A DNA stretch of 37,437 nucleotides. Origin: Clostridia bacterium (GTDB lineage: Bacteria; Bacillota; Clostridia; UMGS1883). The stretch spans positions 1 to 37,437 of the forward strand of contig JBJDXJ010000034.1 of NCBI GenBank assembly GCA_051866635.1, read 5' to 3'. A program made the position numbers and the translations under genes. Within the stretch, counting starts at the first letter, position 1; each line of letters opens with the position of its first letter. The notes below the pieces were generated by a model. It saw only the letters and a program-made list of their open reading frames with translations. It searched no databases and was not told the DNA's origin. Shown here in pieces: positions 8,589 through 17,899 of the stretch.

Positions 8589-8760
8589 GTTAAGACTTCT
8601 CCCAATATCCTAATCACCCAATCTTTGCAAAATGCACGATTTAGTTTGATTGTAATTCCTCATACGGCAATATTAGAAATAAACCTACTTGAAGTATCTT
8701 ATTTTTATTTATAATGCAACAACTTTGTATTAAAGCATTTGTATATAATGTTCAGTTATA

Positions 8761-9978
8761 TCAATTACCATATCTAAGTTCGGTAATTTTATCCCTTAAA
8801 TCGTTGTTGTTTTTTATATCAGAAAATTCGGGTTTTATTAATAAATTAATTACTATCTGTTTTGCTAGCCAAATAGCCTCACATCGTTCGGTTTCAATAT
8901 CTTTTGAAAAAACACCATGTGCTACTTTTGATCTAATTGAATATAATTTTCTAAACAGTGTTTCGATTTCTTTTCGTGTTTTTAAATCTGAACCAACAAT
9001 AAAGGCCGCATATTCTGCAATTTGTGCTGTTATACTTTTAGTAATAAAATCGCTTTGATCTTGCAACAAGCACTCTATTGCAAATATGCTTTGCAAAAAT
9101 GACAAGCAGAAATCTATTTCGTTAATTGATCTACCTATCCATTCTACTGATTTCAGTATTCTTTTTTGAATTTCATTTTTACTTTCTAATTGAACAATTT
9201 GCCATAGTTTGTCATTTCCGCTTTCGCCTGGAAAAAACCAAGTATCATCAAGCTGAATACCTCTTGGAGGATTTTGAACATTTGCATATGAAAACTTCAC
9301 ACCTTCATTAGGTTTTATGCACATATATCCACCCAATAAATTCGTATTAAAATCAAACATCCCCAAACCACAATTTTTATCCATATTTCCTGACATAAAA
9401 CGCAAAACATTATCCAATTGATGTAATTTTTCATCAGCAGTTTCTTTCGCAAAATCAACATCTTTTGCAACAACAGCGATTTCAACATAGCAAATAAAAT
9501 GTGTTTTGCTCTGATGGTCCAGAAAAAACTTCACATGTTGCTCATCAGTATATTTCTTAAGATATTCTTTGACATAATAGCTTGATATAAATTTATATCC
9601 ATAAAAATCTATTATTTTGTTATTTTTAAGATATCCACCATATAGAGGTCTTATATAAAAAAATTTTTGTAATTCGATATTAGAAAACTCTTCTAATATT
9701 TTTTCAATAATGTTATTTTCTTTTTTTATCAGTAATTGGTGTAGCTTTTTTTCAAAAAACTTATATGATATTTCCTTTTCCGAAACGATTATGTGGTCAT
9801 ATAATTTCGTCATGCATTCTTTATATTTAATAGCATTCTCTTGTGTCATAATATAAATCTCGCCATTTTTATAAGTCACAATTCTTACTGCGTCTTTGAT
9901 TTTTGCATCAATTGTGTCTTTTACTATAATTGATGCAAGAAGTTCTGATAATGTTTGTTCAATTACTTTTGAATTCAA
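8761..9978 (-). CDS. HEPN domain protein (ApeA-like HEPN), candidate RNase/defence effector
   Basis: C-terminal AIECLL...LYSIRSKVAHG with RxxxxH motif; strongly AT-rich; likely TTG start at 9978 behind GGGAG (ATG at 9996 is the alternative). Confidence 0.75.
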   Translation of the reverse strand: MNSKVIEQTLSELLASIIVKDTIDAKIKDAVRIVTYKNGEIYIMTQENAIKYKECMTKLYDHIIVSEKEISYKFFEKKLHQLLIKKENNIIEKILEEFSNIELQKFFYIRPLYGGYLKNNKIIDFYGYKFISSYYVKEYLKKYTDEQHVKFFLDHQSKTHFICYVEIAVVAKDVDFAKETADEKLHQLDNVLRFMSGNMDKNCGLGMFDFNTNLLGGYMCIKPNEGVKFSYANVQNPPRGIQLDDTWFFPGESGNDKLWQIVQLESKNEIQKRILKSVEWIGRSINEIDFCLSFLQSIFAIECLLQDQSDFITKSITAQIAEYAAFIVGSDLKTRKEIETLFRKLYSIRSKVAHGVFSKDIETERCEAIWLAKQIVINLLIKPEFSDIKNNNDLRDKITELRYGN

Positions 9979-10011
9979 AATATTTCTCCCTTTCATTATT
10001 TTAATATACTA

Positions 10012-10908
10012 TCACCCAATATACGGCACTTTAAAATACTCTAAATACCTTTTAAATTTATCCTGTGCAGACAGGCAAGTATCAGTCAAATACCCTTTTT
10101 CATTATTCCATTCGGACAGACCTCGATAGTAGAACATTTTAAGGTTGTCATCTATGATAAATGGAACAATATTGTTTTTTAAGCACTCCTTAAACATTAT
10201 CAGTCTGCCGACTCTTCCATTGCCGTCTTGGAATGGATGTATTGTTTCAAACCGGTAATGAAAATCTATTATTTCTTCCAATGAATGTTCGTTCTTTTTA
10301 TTATAAGATTTCAGTAATTCCTTAATTTCCCACGCAACATCTGTAGGGCTTACCGTTTCTTTTCCCCCAACCTCATTAGGAAGCTTTTTATATTCCCCTA
10401 CATTGAACCAATCTTTTCTTGAATCACTCGTGCCTGATTTTAAAGTAAAATGCAGTTCTTTTATGAATTTTTCTGTAAGCTTATACGTGGCATTATCAAT
10501 TATCATATCAATGCACTTAAAATGATTTGCTGTTTCTATAATGTCGTCCACATTCAAGCTGTCCTTTTCTGTGCCGATAGTATTTGTTTCAAAAATATAT
10601 CTCGTTTGGTCATGTGTCAGTTTACTACCCTCGATATGATTTGAATTATAAGTAAGCTCTATTTGTATTTTGTGATAAATTCCGCCTTTTAAGGAAGATT
10701 TCTTCTCTTCACGTAATCTTTCAAGAAGGTTTTTAGGTTCATTGCTTCTTTTATTTATTCGCTGAGGCTTCTTGGCATTTTCAGGGATGTTCCACGTTTT
10801 ACCCGTTAAAAATGCTCCGGGGATTTTATTTTCAGCACAGTATTTTCTAACACCACGCTCAGACATATTCCATTTTTTCGCAACTTGAGAAACAGATAAA
10901 TAATTCAT
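10012..10908 (-). CDS. Fic family protein with N-terminal HTH
   Basis: Canonical HPFQDGNGRVGR motif, YNSNHIEG motif, N-terminal HTH (SVSQVAKKWNMSERGVRKYC); ATG at 10908 with AGGAGG RBS (298 aa). Confidence 0.93.
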   Translation of the reverse strand: MNYLSVSQVAKKWNMSERGVRKYCAENKIPGAFLTGKTWNIPENAKKPQRINKRSNEPKNLLERLREEKKSSLKGGIYHKIQIELTYNSNHIEGSKLTHDQTRYIFETNTIGTEKDSLNVDDIIETANHFKCIDMIIDNATYKLTEKFIKELHFTLKSGTSDSRKDWFNVGEYKKLPNEVGGKETVSPTDVAWEIKELLKSYNKKNEHSLEEIIDFHYRFETIHPFQDGNGRVGRLIMFKECLKNNIVPFIIDDNLKMFYYRGLSEWNNEKGYLTDTCLSAQDKFKRYLEYFKVPYIG

Positions 10909-10932
10909 ACAGTACCTCCTAATATTGTATAT

Positions 10933-11003
10933 ATTATACCACATTATCGGAACAAAATCAATAATTTCAACAGCATTATTTTGCATTTGTGCCGACATCG
11001 GCA
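10933..11003 (-). promoter_or_regulatory. sigmaA promoter and candidate operator for fic-HEPN
   Basis: TTGATT-17 nt-TATAAT with TGTG extension (10961-10933); palindrome TGCCGA-ca-TCGGCA at 10990-11003 and a related half site in the spacer. Confidence 0.65.
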
Positions 11004-11038
11004 TTTTCTTATTTATAATAAAAAAACAAAACACAATA

Positions 11039-11063
11039 GCCCTGTACCGCTTCGGTACAGGGC
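11039..11063 (-). terminator. Terminator after the large serine recombinase
   Basis: GCCCTGTACCG-ctt-CGGTACAGGGC 6 nt past the stop, followed by T-rich sequence on the minus strand. Confidence 0.75.
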
Positions 11064-11068
11064 CTCTC

Positions 11069-12595
11069 TTATCTCAATATATCCTTCTTAATCCTAAAAT
11101 CATTGTGATTTGTCGGCGATATATTAAATTCTATACTAATTTTATCTCTATAAATAATTACCTTATTAATATACTGGGCAATTATCGCCTTTTTATTCTT
11201 GACAGTGCCGTTTCTCAGCATATCCTTCGCTTTGTAAAAAGCCTGCCTTAGTTGCACTTCATCTATATTCATATCAGAAATCTTACTTTCAATCTCGCTC
11301 AATGAAGCTTGTAATTGCTCTTTACGTGTTTCTAATTCCTGCAACTTTTCGCTAAGAGCTGCCGAACCCGTCTTCATCATTACGTTAACAATATTATTGA
11401 TGCCTTTGTTGATATCCGCTAATTCCCTCTCAGTCGCCTCTCTTGCTCTTGCCAAATCAGTGTTTTGACTCATTGCATATGTATTATATTGTGCCATTAC
11501 AGCCGAAAACATACTGTCACAAAACAGAGAGTCCGCCAGCTTCTCTAAAACAATGTTTTCGATTGCGTCTCTTTGAATTTCCGGATTTTTACACTTCACC
11601 TCATTGTTTCGGCGAGTACATCTATAAGATATGTACATCGTATGATTACTGTAAGCCTTACGAGAATTTCCGCAGTAGGCACAGCCACATTCCCCACACA
11701 CAATTTTACCTGACAATAAATATTCTTGTTTTGCCTTAAAGGTCGCCGTTTTTAATCGTCTGGCTGCCATTTTCTGTTGCACTTTTTGAAAATCTTCTTC
11801 CGATATTATCTGCGGCACCCCTCCGGGAATCCTTATAATATCTTCATCGCTCTTGTTTTTATGTCTGTTGAACTTACCCTCGGCATTTTTTGAGGCTGAC
11901 TTGTTGTAGACAAAAACGCCCGTGTACTTCTCGTTACGTAAAATTTCGTACAAAGAATTCCTTTTAAAAGGCGTTCCTCGTTTAGTTCTGTACCCTCTAC
12001 GGTTCAGTTCATTAATAATAGCCTCATAGCCCTCTCCGTCAATCACCATCTTGAATATCATTTTCACTGATTCTGCTTCGTGTTCATTAATAACCAGCTT
12101 CATCGTCGTTTTATCTACATCATATCCCAACGGAGGCGTGCCCCCGGTATGTCTGCAGGTCAGAGCATTTTCGCGTAATCCTTTCATTACTTCTCGACGC
12201 AAATTTTTAGAATAGTACTCATTATACCCTTCAATAACGCTTTGTAAGATAATCGACTCCGGGCTATCATCGAAATTTTCCGTGACCGAAATCAGCCTCA
12301 CGCCATATTTTTCGAGCTCTTTTCTGTAAATTGCACTGTCTGCCCGGTTTCTCGCAAAACGGTCTAATTTGTGCACAAGGATCACATCGAACACACCCAA
12401 CCTTGCATCGTCTATCATGCGTTGAAACTCAACACGCTTATCTGTGGTAGCACTCATAGCCCTGTCAACGTAGGTTCTGATTAAAGAGTAATTGTTCTTT
12501 TCAACGAACTGACGAATTGCACGTTCCTGGGCATCAATAGATTCCTCTCTCTGCATGTCGCTGGAAAACCGGCAATAGCCTACTGCTCTTAGCAC
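11069..12595 (-). CDS. Large serine recombinase (integrase)
   Basis: GYCRFSS catalytic motif, KLDRFARN, recombinase domain (PPLGY...ILRNEKYTG), zinc ribbon (CGECG...YRC...C), coiled coil. Confidence 0.95.
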   Translation of the reverse strand: MLRAVGYCRFSSDMQREESIDAQERAIRQFVEKNNYSLIRTYVDRAMSATTDKRVEFQRMIDDARLGVFDVILVHKLDRFARNRADSAIYRKELEKYGVRLISVTENFDDSPESIILQSVIEGYNEYYSKNLRREVMKGLRENALTCRHTGGTPPLGYDVDKTTMKLVINEHEAESVKMIFKMVIDGEGYEAIINELNRRGYRTKRGTPFKRNSLYEILRNEKYTGVFVYNKSASKNAEGKFNRHKNKSDEDIIRIPGGVPQIISEEDFQKVQQKMAARRLKTATFKAKQEYLLSGKIVCGECGCAYCGNSRKAYSNHTMYISYRCTRRNNEVKCKNPEIQRDAIENIVLEKLADSLFCDSMFSAVMAQYNTYAMSQNTDLARAREATERELADINKGINNIVNVMMKTGSAALSEKLQELETRKEQLQASLSEIESKISDMNIDEVQLRQAFYKAKDMLRNGTVKNKKAIIAQYINKVIIYRDKISIEFNISPTNHNDFRIKKDILR

Positions 12596-12630
12596 CTCAC
12601 CACCCCCTTCCTTCTAAAATTTTAGTTTAT

Positions 12631-12762
12631 TTACGCGGCTACATCAGAAATAACCGCTTCTTCCGTAGCAACAGCCTCGTATACCGCTTCCAGCAACGTG
12701 GTAATACTTGCCTCGTTACATTCCCTAAATACCATTTCAACATTTATTTCTCTTGAACTCAT
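12631..12762 (-). CDS. Small hypothetical protein (43 aa) upstream of the recombinase
   Basis: Read manually: MSSREINVEMVFRECNEASITTLLEAVYEAVATEEAVISDVAA*, GGTAGGTG RBS-like; fills the helicase-recombinase gap co-directionally. Confidence 0.55.
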   Translation of the reverse strand: MSSREINVEMVFRECNEASITTLLEAVYEAVATEEAVISDVAA

Positions 12763-12795
12763 AAAACACACCTACCAAACAATATTAGCTCAGGG

Positions 12796-12826
12796 CTACG
12801 ATGGTGGAAAATCCCCACCATCGTAG
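12796..12826. other. 12-bp perfect hairpin after the helicase gene
   Basis: CTACGATGGTGG-n7-CCACCATCGTAG; no clear U-tract, so attenuator/processing site/origin element rather than a classical terminator. Confidence 0.5.
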
Positions 12827-12837
12827 TCAGAAGCATA

Positions 12838-14361
12838 TTATTTCAACTCAATATCAAGATACTTTCTTGATATCTTATCTTTAGCACGAGTAAAGCCACG
12901 AACGGCAAAATCTTTGCCAAATTTGGTTTCGCTCATAGGAGTCAAGAAGTTATCCGCACAATACAGAAGATACGCTTCATACAACATCCTTGCTCGAACT
13001 TCGGCACCTTCAGCCTTCCTGATGCATGCATCTATGAAGCCGCCCAGAGTATCCTGAGACTTACGATACCTTTTAGTAGCTTTATTTACTGCCTCGCAAG
13101 TACCAAGTCCCTCAGAATAATACTTAACGGCACCTTTAACCAACCACGCAAGTACTGCTTTCCTGGACTGTTTGAGTTCATTCAATAGATTTTTATTCAA
13201 CTTGTCCTTTGTAACAGTGTGTTCAAAGGGAACAACCCGAATTCTTCTCCAAATTCCGTGGTCGGTTCCGCTTATTTGAGGAAGGTAGTTCGTATCAATT
13301 ATACATTTGAACTCGGGTTCGTAAGTAAATGCCTGCGAGTAAAGTTGGCGCGCAGCCAAGGTTTCTCCGCTCGACATAATCTTGATTTTCCCTTCGTTCA
13401 ATGCATCCGTACAATTAAGCTCACTGCAACATACCAGCCTCTTGTGAGGGAGCTGCGCAATTTCTGATGTAGCTGCCCCTGCCTTTTCGGAGCTGGTCAG
13501 CACTTTGGCAGGTATCACCGCCGCATAGTCATGCATTATATATTGCACAAGAGATATTAATGTACTCTTGCCGTTAGCACCGTTTCCTAAGAAAAAGTGT
13601 ACCACTTGCTCCTTCGTCTCCCCTGTTATACAGTAGCCGAACAAGCGCTGAATATACCTTATTAACTCTTCTTCCTCAAAGGTGTCTTTGAGAAAGGCTT
13701 TAAATTGCTGACACTTAGCAGATGCATCGTACATAATCGGAATCATTTTAGTTAAATAATTCCTGCGATTGTGCTTTCGCAAAGTTCCATCCCTTAAATC
13801 GATTGTTCCGTTAAGAACATTCAATAGATTTGGATGTTTGTCAAACTTATCGTTACTAAACGCGAGCGTCGCCTTCGCACCTTCAACTAACGCCTTGACC
13901 TGATGATGGTTACAACATCGATATGCATGGAAGAGAAGGTCCTCATAGTTGTTCCTGCCGTATTCCTTCTGCAAGCGTTTGATTGTATAATCTCTACGCG
14001 CTCGCATAGCCGTTTGCGCCCAAAGGAGTATTTTTTTCTCTGTGTCTTCCTTCCACAACCTTCCTGTCCAATAGTAATAGGTGTTCTTATCGCTATTATA
14101 AATAACGTAATCCCCAAACATATCCATAAAGCAATCGATGTTTCCGGCATCATCAGTTGTGTAGTCAAGAACCTTGTCTTTTATCTTTTTCTTTCGTTCT
14201 TTAAGTTCTTGCAGAAAATCCGGTGCAAGTTCATTCAAGTACGGCTTGGTATTACTACCGTGAATGACGTTCTTGCCTTCGTTTTCCGTGAACTCCCTTA
14301 TCTGGGTTTCGCCAAAAAGCTCCTCAAATGTAATTAAATTATTATTTTTATCTTTAGACAT
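12838..14361 (-). CDS. Phage/plasmid P4-family (D5-like) SF3 helicase; no recognisable primase domain
   Basis: D5_N motifs (YYWTGRLWKED, LLNVLNGTIDL), Walker A GNGANGKS, SE Walker B, TNYLP, DHGIWRR; AGGAGG RBS. Confidence 0.9.
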   Translation of the reverse strand: MSKDKNNNLITFEELFGETQIREFTENEGKNVIHGSNTKPYLNELAPDFLQELKERKKKIKDKVLDYTTDDAGNIDCFMDMFGDYVIYNSDKNTYYYWTGRLWKEDTEKKILLWAQTAMRARRDYTIKRLQKEYGRNNYEDLLFHAYRCCNHHQVKALVEGAKATLAFSNDKFDKHPNLLNVLNGTIDLRDGTLRKHNRRNYLTKMIPIMYDASAKCQQFKAFLKDTFEEEELIRYIQRLFGYCITGETKEQVVHFFLGNGANGKSTLISLVQYIMHDYAAVIPAKVLTSSEKAGAATSEIAQLPHKRLVCCSELNCTDALNEGKIKIMSSGETLAARQLYSQAFTYEPEFKCIIDTNYLPQISGTDHGIWRRIRVVPFEHTVTKDKLNKNLLNELKQSRKAVLAWLVKGAVKYYSEGLGTCEAVNKATKRYRKSQDTLGGFIDACIRKAEGAEVRARMLYEAYLLYCADNFLTPMSETKFGKDFAVRGFTRAKDKISRKYLDIELK

Positions 14362-14596
14362 AAATTCGTCCTCCTATAAATTTTTTTATGATTTCAAACA
14401 TTGTCAAAATCTAATTGTGAAGTGGGTTACGTTCTGATATAATAATTATAAGAACATAACAGGCGCCATACACAACACCATTAGCTTGTCAACATCGTGG
14501 ACCACACACATAATATAATTTAAAAGTGAATAACTGTCATTCACTTTTGGAGGGAACTTATAAACGCAAAGTCCAAATTTTTTAGGAGGTCACGCT

Positions 14597-16030
14597 ATGG
14601 GCAGAGGAAAAACCGACAGCAGCTCGCAGTCTGCATACACTGATAAAACCAATGAAAATATCAACAATAAGATTTTCGAATCAAAAAGAAGCATTGCGCC
14701 TGAGAGAGCAGAAGAGCGAAAGTCTCTATCATATTATTCAAGGTATTTTTTGAACAGCAATAACAAAATCTGCATTACCCGCAATCCATTAACCACAAGC
14801 GATAAAGATGCTCGCAAAAAATTTTTAGCCCTGATTAATAATTTTGAGAAAACCAATTCCATGTGTCTAAAAGACACATCAAAAAACGAGCTCATTTACG
14901 CCATTCTCCATTTTGCTGAACACGAAAATGCGTTAATACTTGTTAAAGATGATTCTAAGCAGTTTCTGCCTTTTCGCTTTCTTTTCCCAGATGCACTGAA
15001 ACTATATTTTTACAAAATGTTTTATCCTATGATTTTTGATTATGAAACCATCCGAGAATCTGAAGTTGTTCAAATAAAGTTCCTTAGTGAATATATTGAG
15101 GAAAATTTCATTTCAATTTACCAACAAATTGAAATGTTGGGTTTTGCTATAGTTTACGATGCTCTGCTGATAGCTATCGAAAGAAGTGCTTCCAAACAGG
15201 TAGCTTCGATTAAAAAGTATAAAGTGGAATTAAATCCTTCGGATGACATTGAAAACATCAAGGATTACCTTGAAAATGAACTTTCTGTAATGAACAACGT
15301 GAATAATGATGCAAGAGCTCCCATTCTAAAAGAATTTATCCCAAGCGCCATATTTCTTTCCAGGCACTATTATCACCTGTATAAAAACCGCGAAATAAAA
15401 GAAAGACTGCTTACCACAGTCTTAAATTCAAACACGTTTTATATTGGCAAACGAGCAGATGACAGTCGGAACGCTCTAATCTCTGCATACGCTGAATGTG
15501 CCGCCGCACTAAATGACAACAGTCAGCCGTTTTCAAGACTCCTAAATCTTTACTACATAAATAAACGGTCATATGTTTACGATTTAAACATATTAAAAGG
15601 CAATGTTGAATTTATGCCTTTTCTTTTAGACGGCATTGTTACCAAGCATCACATTAATTCCGTAATAATTGATAATAACAAAAAAATTAACATCACCTCA
15701 TCGGAAAGGTTAACTCTCTCCTCCATACATAATAATCCAAATTGTATAATTGACAATCTTTCTTTCCGTGATTATGAAATGCTTGATTTTATAATATCTC
15801 GCACCGCAAGAACAATGCAAGCATATTATCTTATGGAGGACGATAAGGACGTGCCGCCGTCTCGACTTTGTGAATTGATTCGTTGGTTAAACAGAGAGCC
15901 TCTTACAAAAACAATAAATTCAATTGTCGGAACATTTGATAGATTATATACCAACAACGTAGATTATGATATGGTCTTAAAACTTTCACGGGTTTTCCCA
16001 AAAGGTGACGGGAATGACGGGTTAAAGTAA
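14597..16030 (+). CDS. Hypothetical protein (477 aa)
   Basis: Long ORF with AGGAGG RBS, divergent from the helicase; no motif recognised. Confidence 0.8.
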   Translation: MGRGKTDSSSQSAYTDKTNENINNKIFESKRSIAPERAEERKSLSYYSRYFLNSNNKICITRNPLTTSDKDARKKFLALINNFEKTNSMCLKDTSKNELIYAILHFAEHENALILVKDDSKQFLPFRFLFPDALKLYFYKMFYPMIFDYETIRESEVVQIKFLSEYIEENFISIYQQIEMLGFAIVYDALLIAIERSASKQVASIKKYKVELNPSDDIENIKDYLENELSVMNNVNNDARAPILKEFIPSAIFLSRHYYHLYKNREIKERLLTTVLNSNTFYIGKRADDSRNALISAYAECAAALNDNSQPFSRLLNLYYINKRSYVYDLNILKGNVEFMPFLLDGIVTKHHINSVIIDNNKKINITSSERLTLSSIHNNPNCIIDNLSFRDYEMLDFIISRTARTMQAYYLMEDDKDVPPSRLCELIRWLNREPLTKTINSIVGTFDRLYTNNVDYDMVLKLSRVFPKGDGNDGLK

Positions 16031-16099
16031 ATTTTCTGCTAAAAAAAATTGGGTTTTTTCTCTCATAATTTTGCTACAACCCGTCAACCTGACACCTTC

Positions 16100-16645
16100 T
16101 CATCCAAATCTGCGATAAAATGTGCTTTTACTTATCCCAAGCCTCCGTATGGCATCCGCAGCAGAAATCTGTCCATCTTTCCATTTCTTTACAACAGTAT
16201 CACTATCGGCAGGAAGCTTTTTGGGCTTCCTGCCTTTATATTTTCCCATGGATTTTGAAATGGCAATTCCCTCTGCCTGTCTGCTAAGAATATAACTTCG
16301 TTCAAGTTCGCTGACAGCACCGAATATCGTCAGCATAAATTTACCGGTCGCAGTAGTGGTATCAATAGCCTCCTTCTGACTTACAAACTCCACCTCTTTT
16401 TGTGTCAAAACATCAATAAGTTCTAAGAGGTCTCTTGTGTTTCTTGCAAATCGACTTATCTCACTTACAATTACCGTATCGCCCTTTCTTACATATGAGA
16501 GTAGTTTTTTCAACTGAGGTCTATCCGTATTCTTTCCCGATAATTTATCAATGAACACCTCTTCTACACCAAGCTCCTCCATCAACACCTCTTGCCTAAT
16601 CGTATTTTGCGTTGCTGAACTGCATCTAATATACCCTATCCTCAT
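16100..16645 (-). CDS. Resolvase/invertase-type small serine recombinase
   Basis: GYIRCSS, DKLSGKNTDRPQL, SRFARN, C-terminal HTH (LGISKSTFYR). Confidence 0.95.
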   Translation of the reverse strand: MRIGYIRCSSATQNTIRQEVLMEELGVEEVFIDKLSGKNTDRPQLKKLLSYVRKGDTVIVSEISRFARNTRDLLELIDVLTQKEVEFVSQKEAIDTTTATGKFMLTIFGAVSELERSYILSRQAEGIAISKSMGKYKGRKPKKLPADSDTVVKKWKDGQISAADAIRRLGISKSTFYRRFG

Positions 16646-16669
16646 TTTCCCTCTCCTTTCCCATTAGGG

Positions 16670-16770
16670 TATCGTTTGATTATGAAACGTCCCAAAAAAA
16701 CAAAAAACAATTCTAATGGAACGCTTTTAGATAGTGCCACTAGAGTATACTCAAATGACACTATCGTTCC
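16670..16770. other. Putative res site
   Basis: Nested dyads just upstream of the resolvase: CGTTT-n7-AAACG, GATAGTG...GAGTATACTC...CACTATC, GGAACG/CGTTCC; the usual position of res sites. Confidence 0.6.
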
Positions 16771-16970
16771 CGTTCCGATCTTTACATTCATTCCGCCATT
16801 CCTCGTGTATTTCGCTATAATTTCTACCAAGACTGTCGATGCTCTTTATAACCAACAAATCATCTTTTTTCAAAGCACAGTTTAACTGCTGTCCTTGTGG
16901 CTTGTGTAAATTTCCACCAATAGCTCTATTAAAGCCACCAAAACCAACTTTATGTACCTCATACTCTTGT

Positions 16971-17897
16971 CTACACTTCTAACCCGTACAGATAATCCTC
17001 AATTTCTTCAGGCGAAAATCCTTCTCTCAAAAGATGGTCAATCTCATCAGGCAAGTAACCATATGCACTCGCCACAGCCTTAAGTGTTTCTATGTATTCC
17101 CCGTACGGGTCCTCCGTTGTTTTCGTGGGGTGGAATGCATAATCATACCAACGCATACCGCTCCAATAGTCAAACTTGAAATGTTCCCTTTTAGTCTCAC
17201 CATTTGCGCACAGCTTTAAAATGTCCCCCTCTTCTATCTCTACTTCTTCAAATGCCCCCTGCTTTATTTCCTTAAACAAAGGCGGGTAATCAATAATACT
17301 TCTGTATAATATCTCGTCAGTGCTGGCAAACACATACATCTTTAACCGAGGAAAGTGAATTATCGATAACGGTGAGTCACCCTTCACTAAATAAACATTA
17401 TTCTTTTCATCCAATATCACGAAGGAAAATGACCCCTCAATCTTCTCTGCCATAAACCGAAGGCTTTCAAAATCCAACTTTTTCTGACACTCAATTAACT
17501 GAACGGCTATGTAACTGTCGGTCTCCACCTTAGTTGACGGGAGATTCAGCTCTTTTCTCAATCGTATATCGTTATTTATAACACCGTTGTGAGCTAAGGC
17601 AAATCTTATCTTAGCCCTGCCATAGAAAGGGTGGTTGTTGAAGTTTTTCTTTTCACTCCCCTGGGTTGAATGTCTCGTGTGACCGATTACAGCTTTAATT
17701 TCATCCCCATGCTTAAAATCAATCTTCATTGCAGATTTAGATTCTTTTAAAATTCTTAAGAGCCCTTTTGAATTAAATGCAATACCCGTTGCATCCACAC
17801 CTCTTACAGTGCTCTGGGCCGCTAATGAATTTGTCAAATCTGCAAGATTTTTAAGTTTAGCATCACCATAAATATGGAACCCAAAAAGTCCGCACAT
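16971..17897 (-). CDS. Class II (NTN) glutamine amidotransferase
   Basis: N-terminal nucleophile MCGLFG, RGVDATG, GHTRHSTQG, NNHPF, AHNG, TDS. Confidence 0.92.
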   Translation of the reverse strand: MCGLFGFHIYGDAKLKNLADLTNSLAAQSTVRGVDATGIAFNSKGLLRILKESKSAMKIDFKHGDEIKAVIGHTRHSTQGSEKKNFNNHPFYGRAKIRFALAHNGVINNDIRLRKELNLPSTKVETDSYIAVQLIECQKKLDFESLRFMAEKIEGSFSFVILDEKNNVYLVKGDSPLSIIHFPRLKMYVFASTDEILYRSIIDYPPLFKEIKQGAFEEVEIEEGDILKLCANGETKREHFKFDYWSGMRWYDYAFHPTKTTEDPYGEYIETLKAVASAYGYLPDEIDHLLREGFSPEEIEDYLYGLEV

Positions 17898-17899
17898 AA

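Noticed and set aside
10909-11034. 42-aa N-terminal extension of Fic in the ORF track
   Set aside because: Overlaps the promoter; the AGGAGG RBS points to ATG 10908.
16642-16885. Short ORFs on both strands upstream of the resolvase
   Set aside because: Coincide with the dyad-rich res/promoter region; no coding support.
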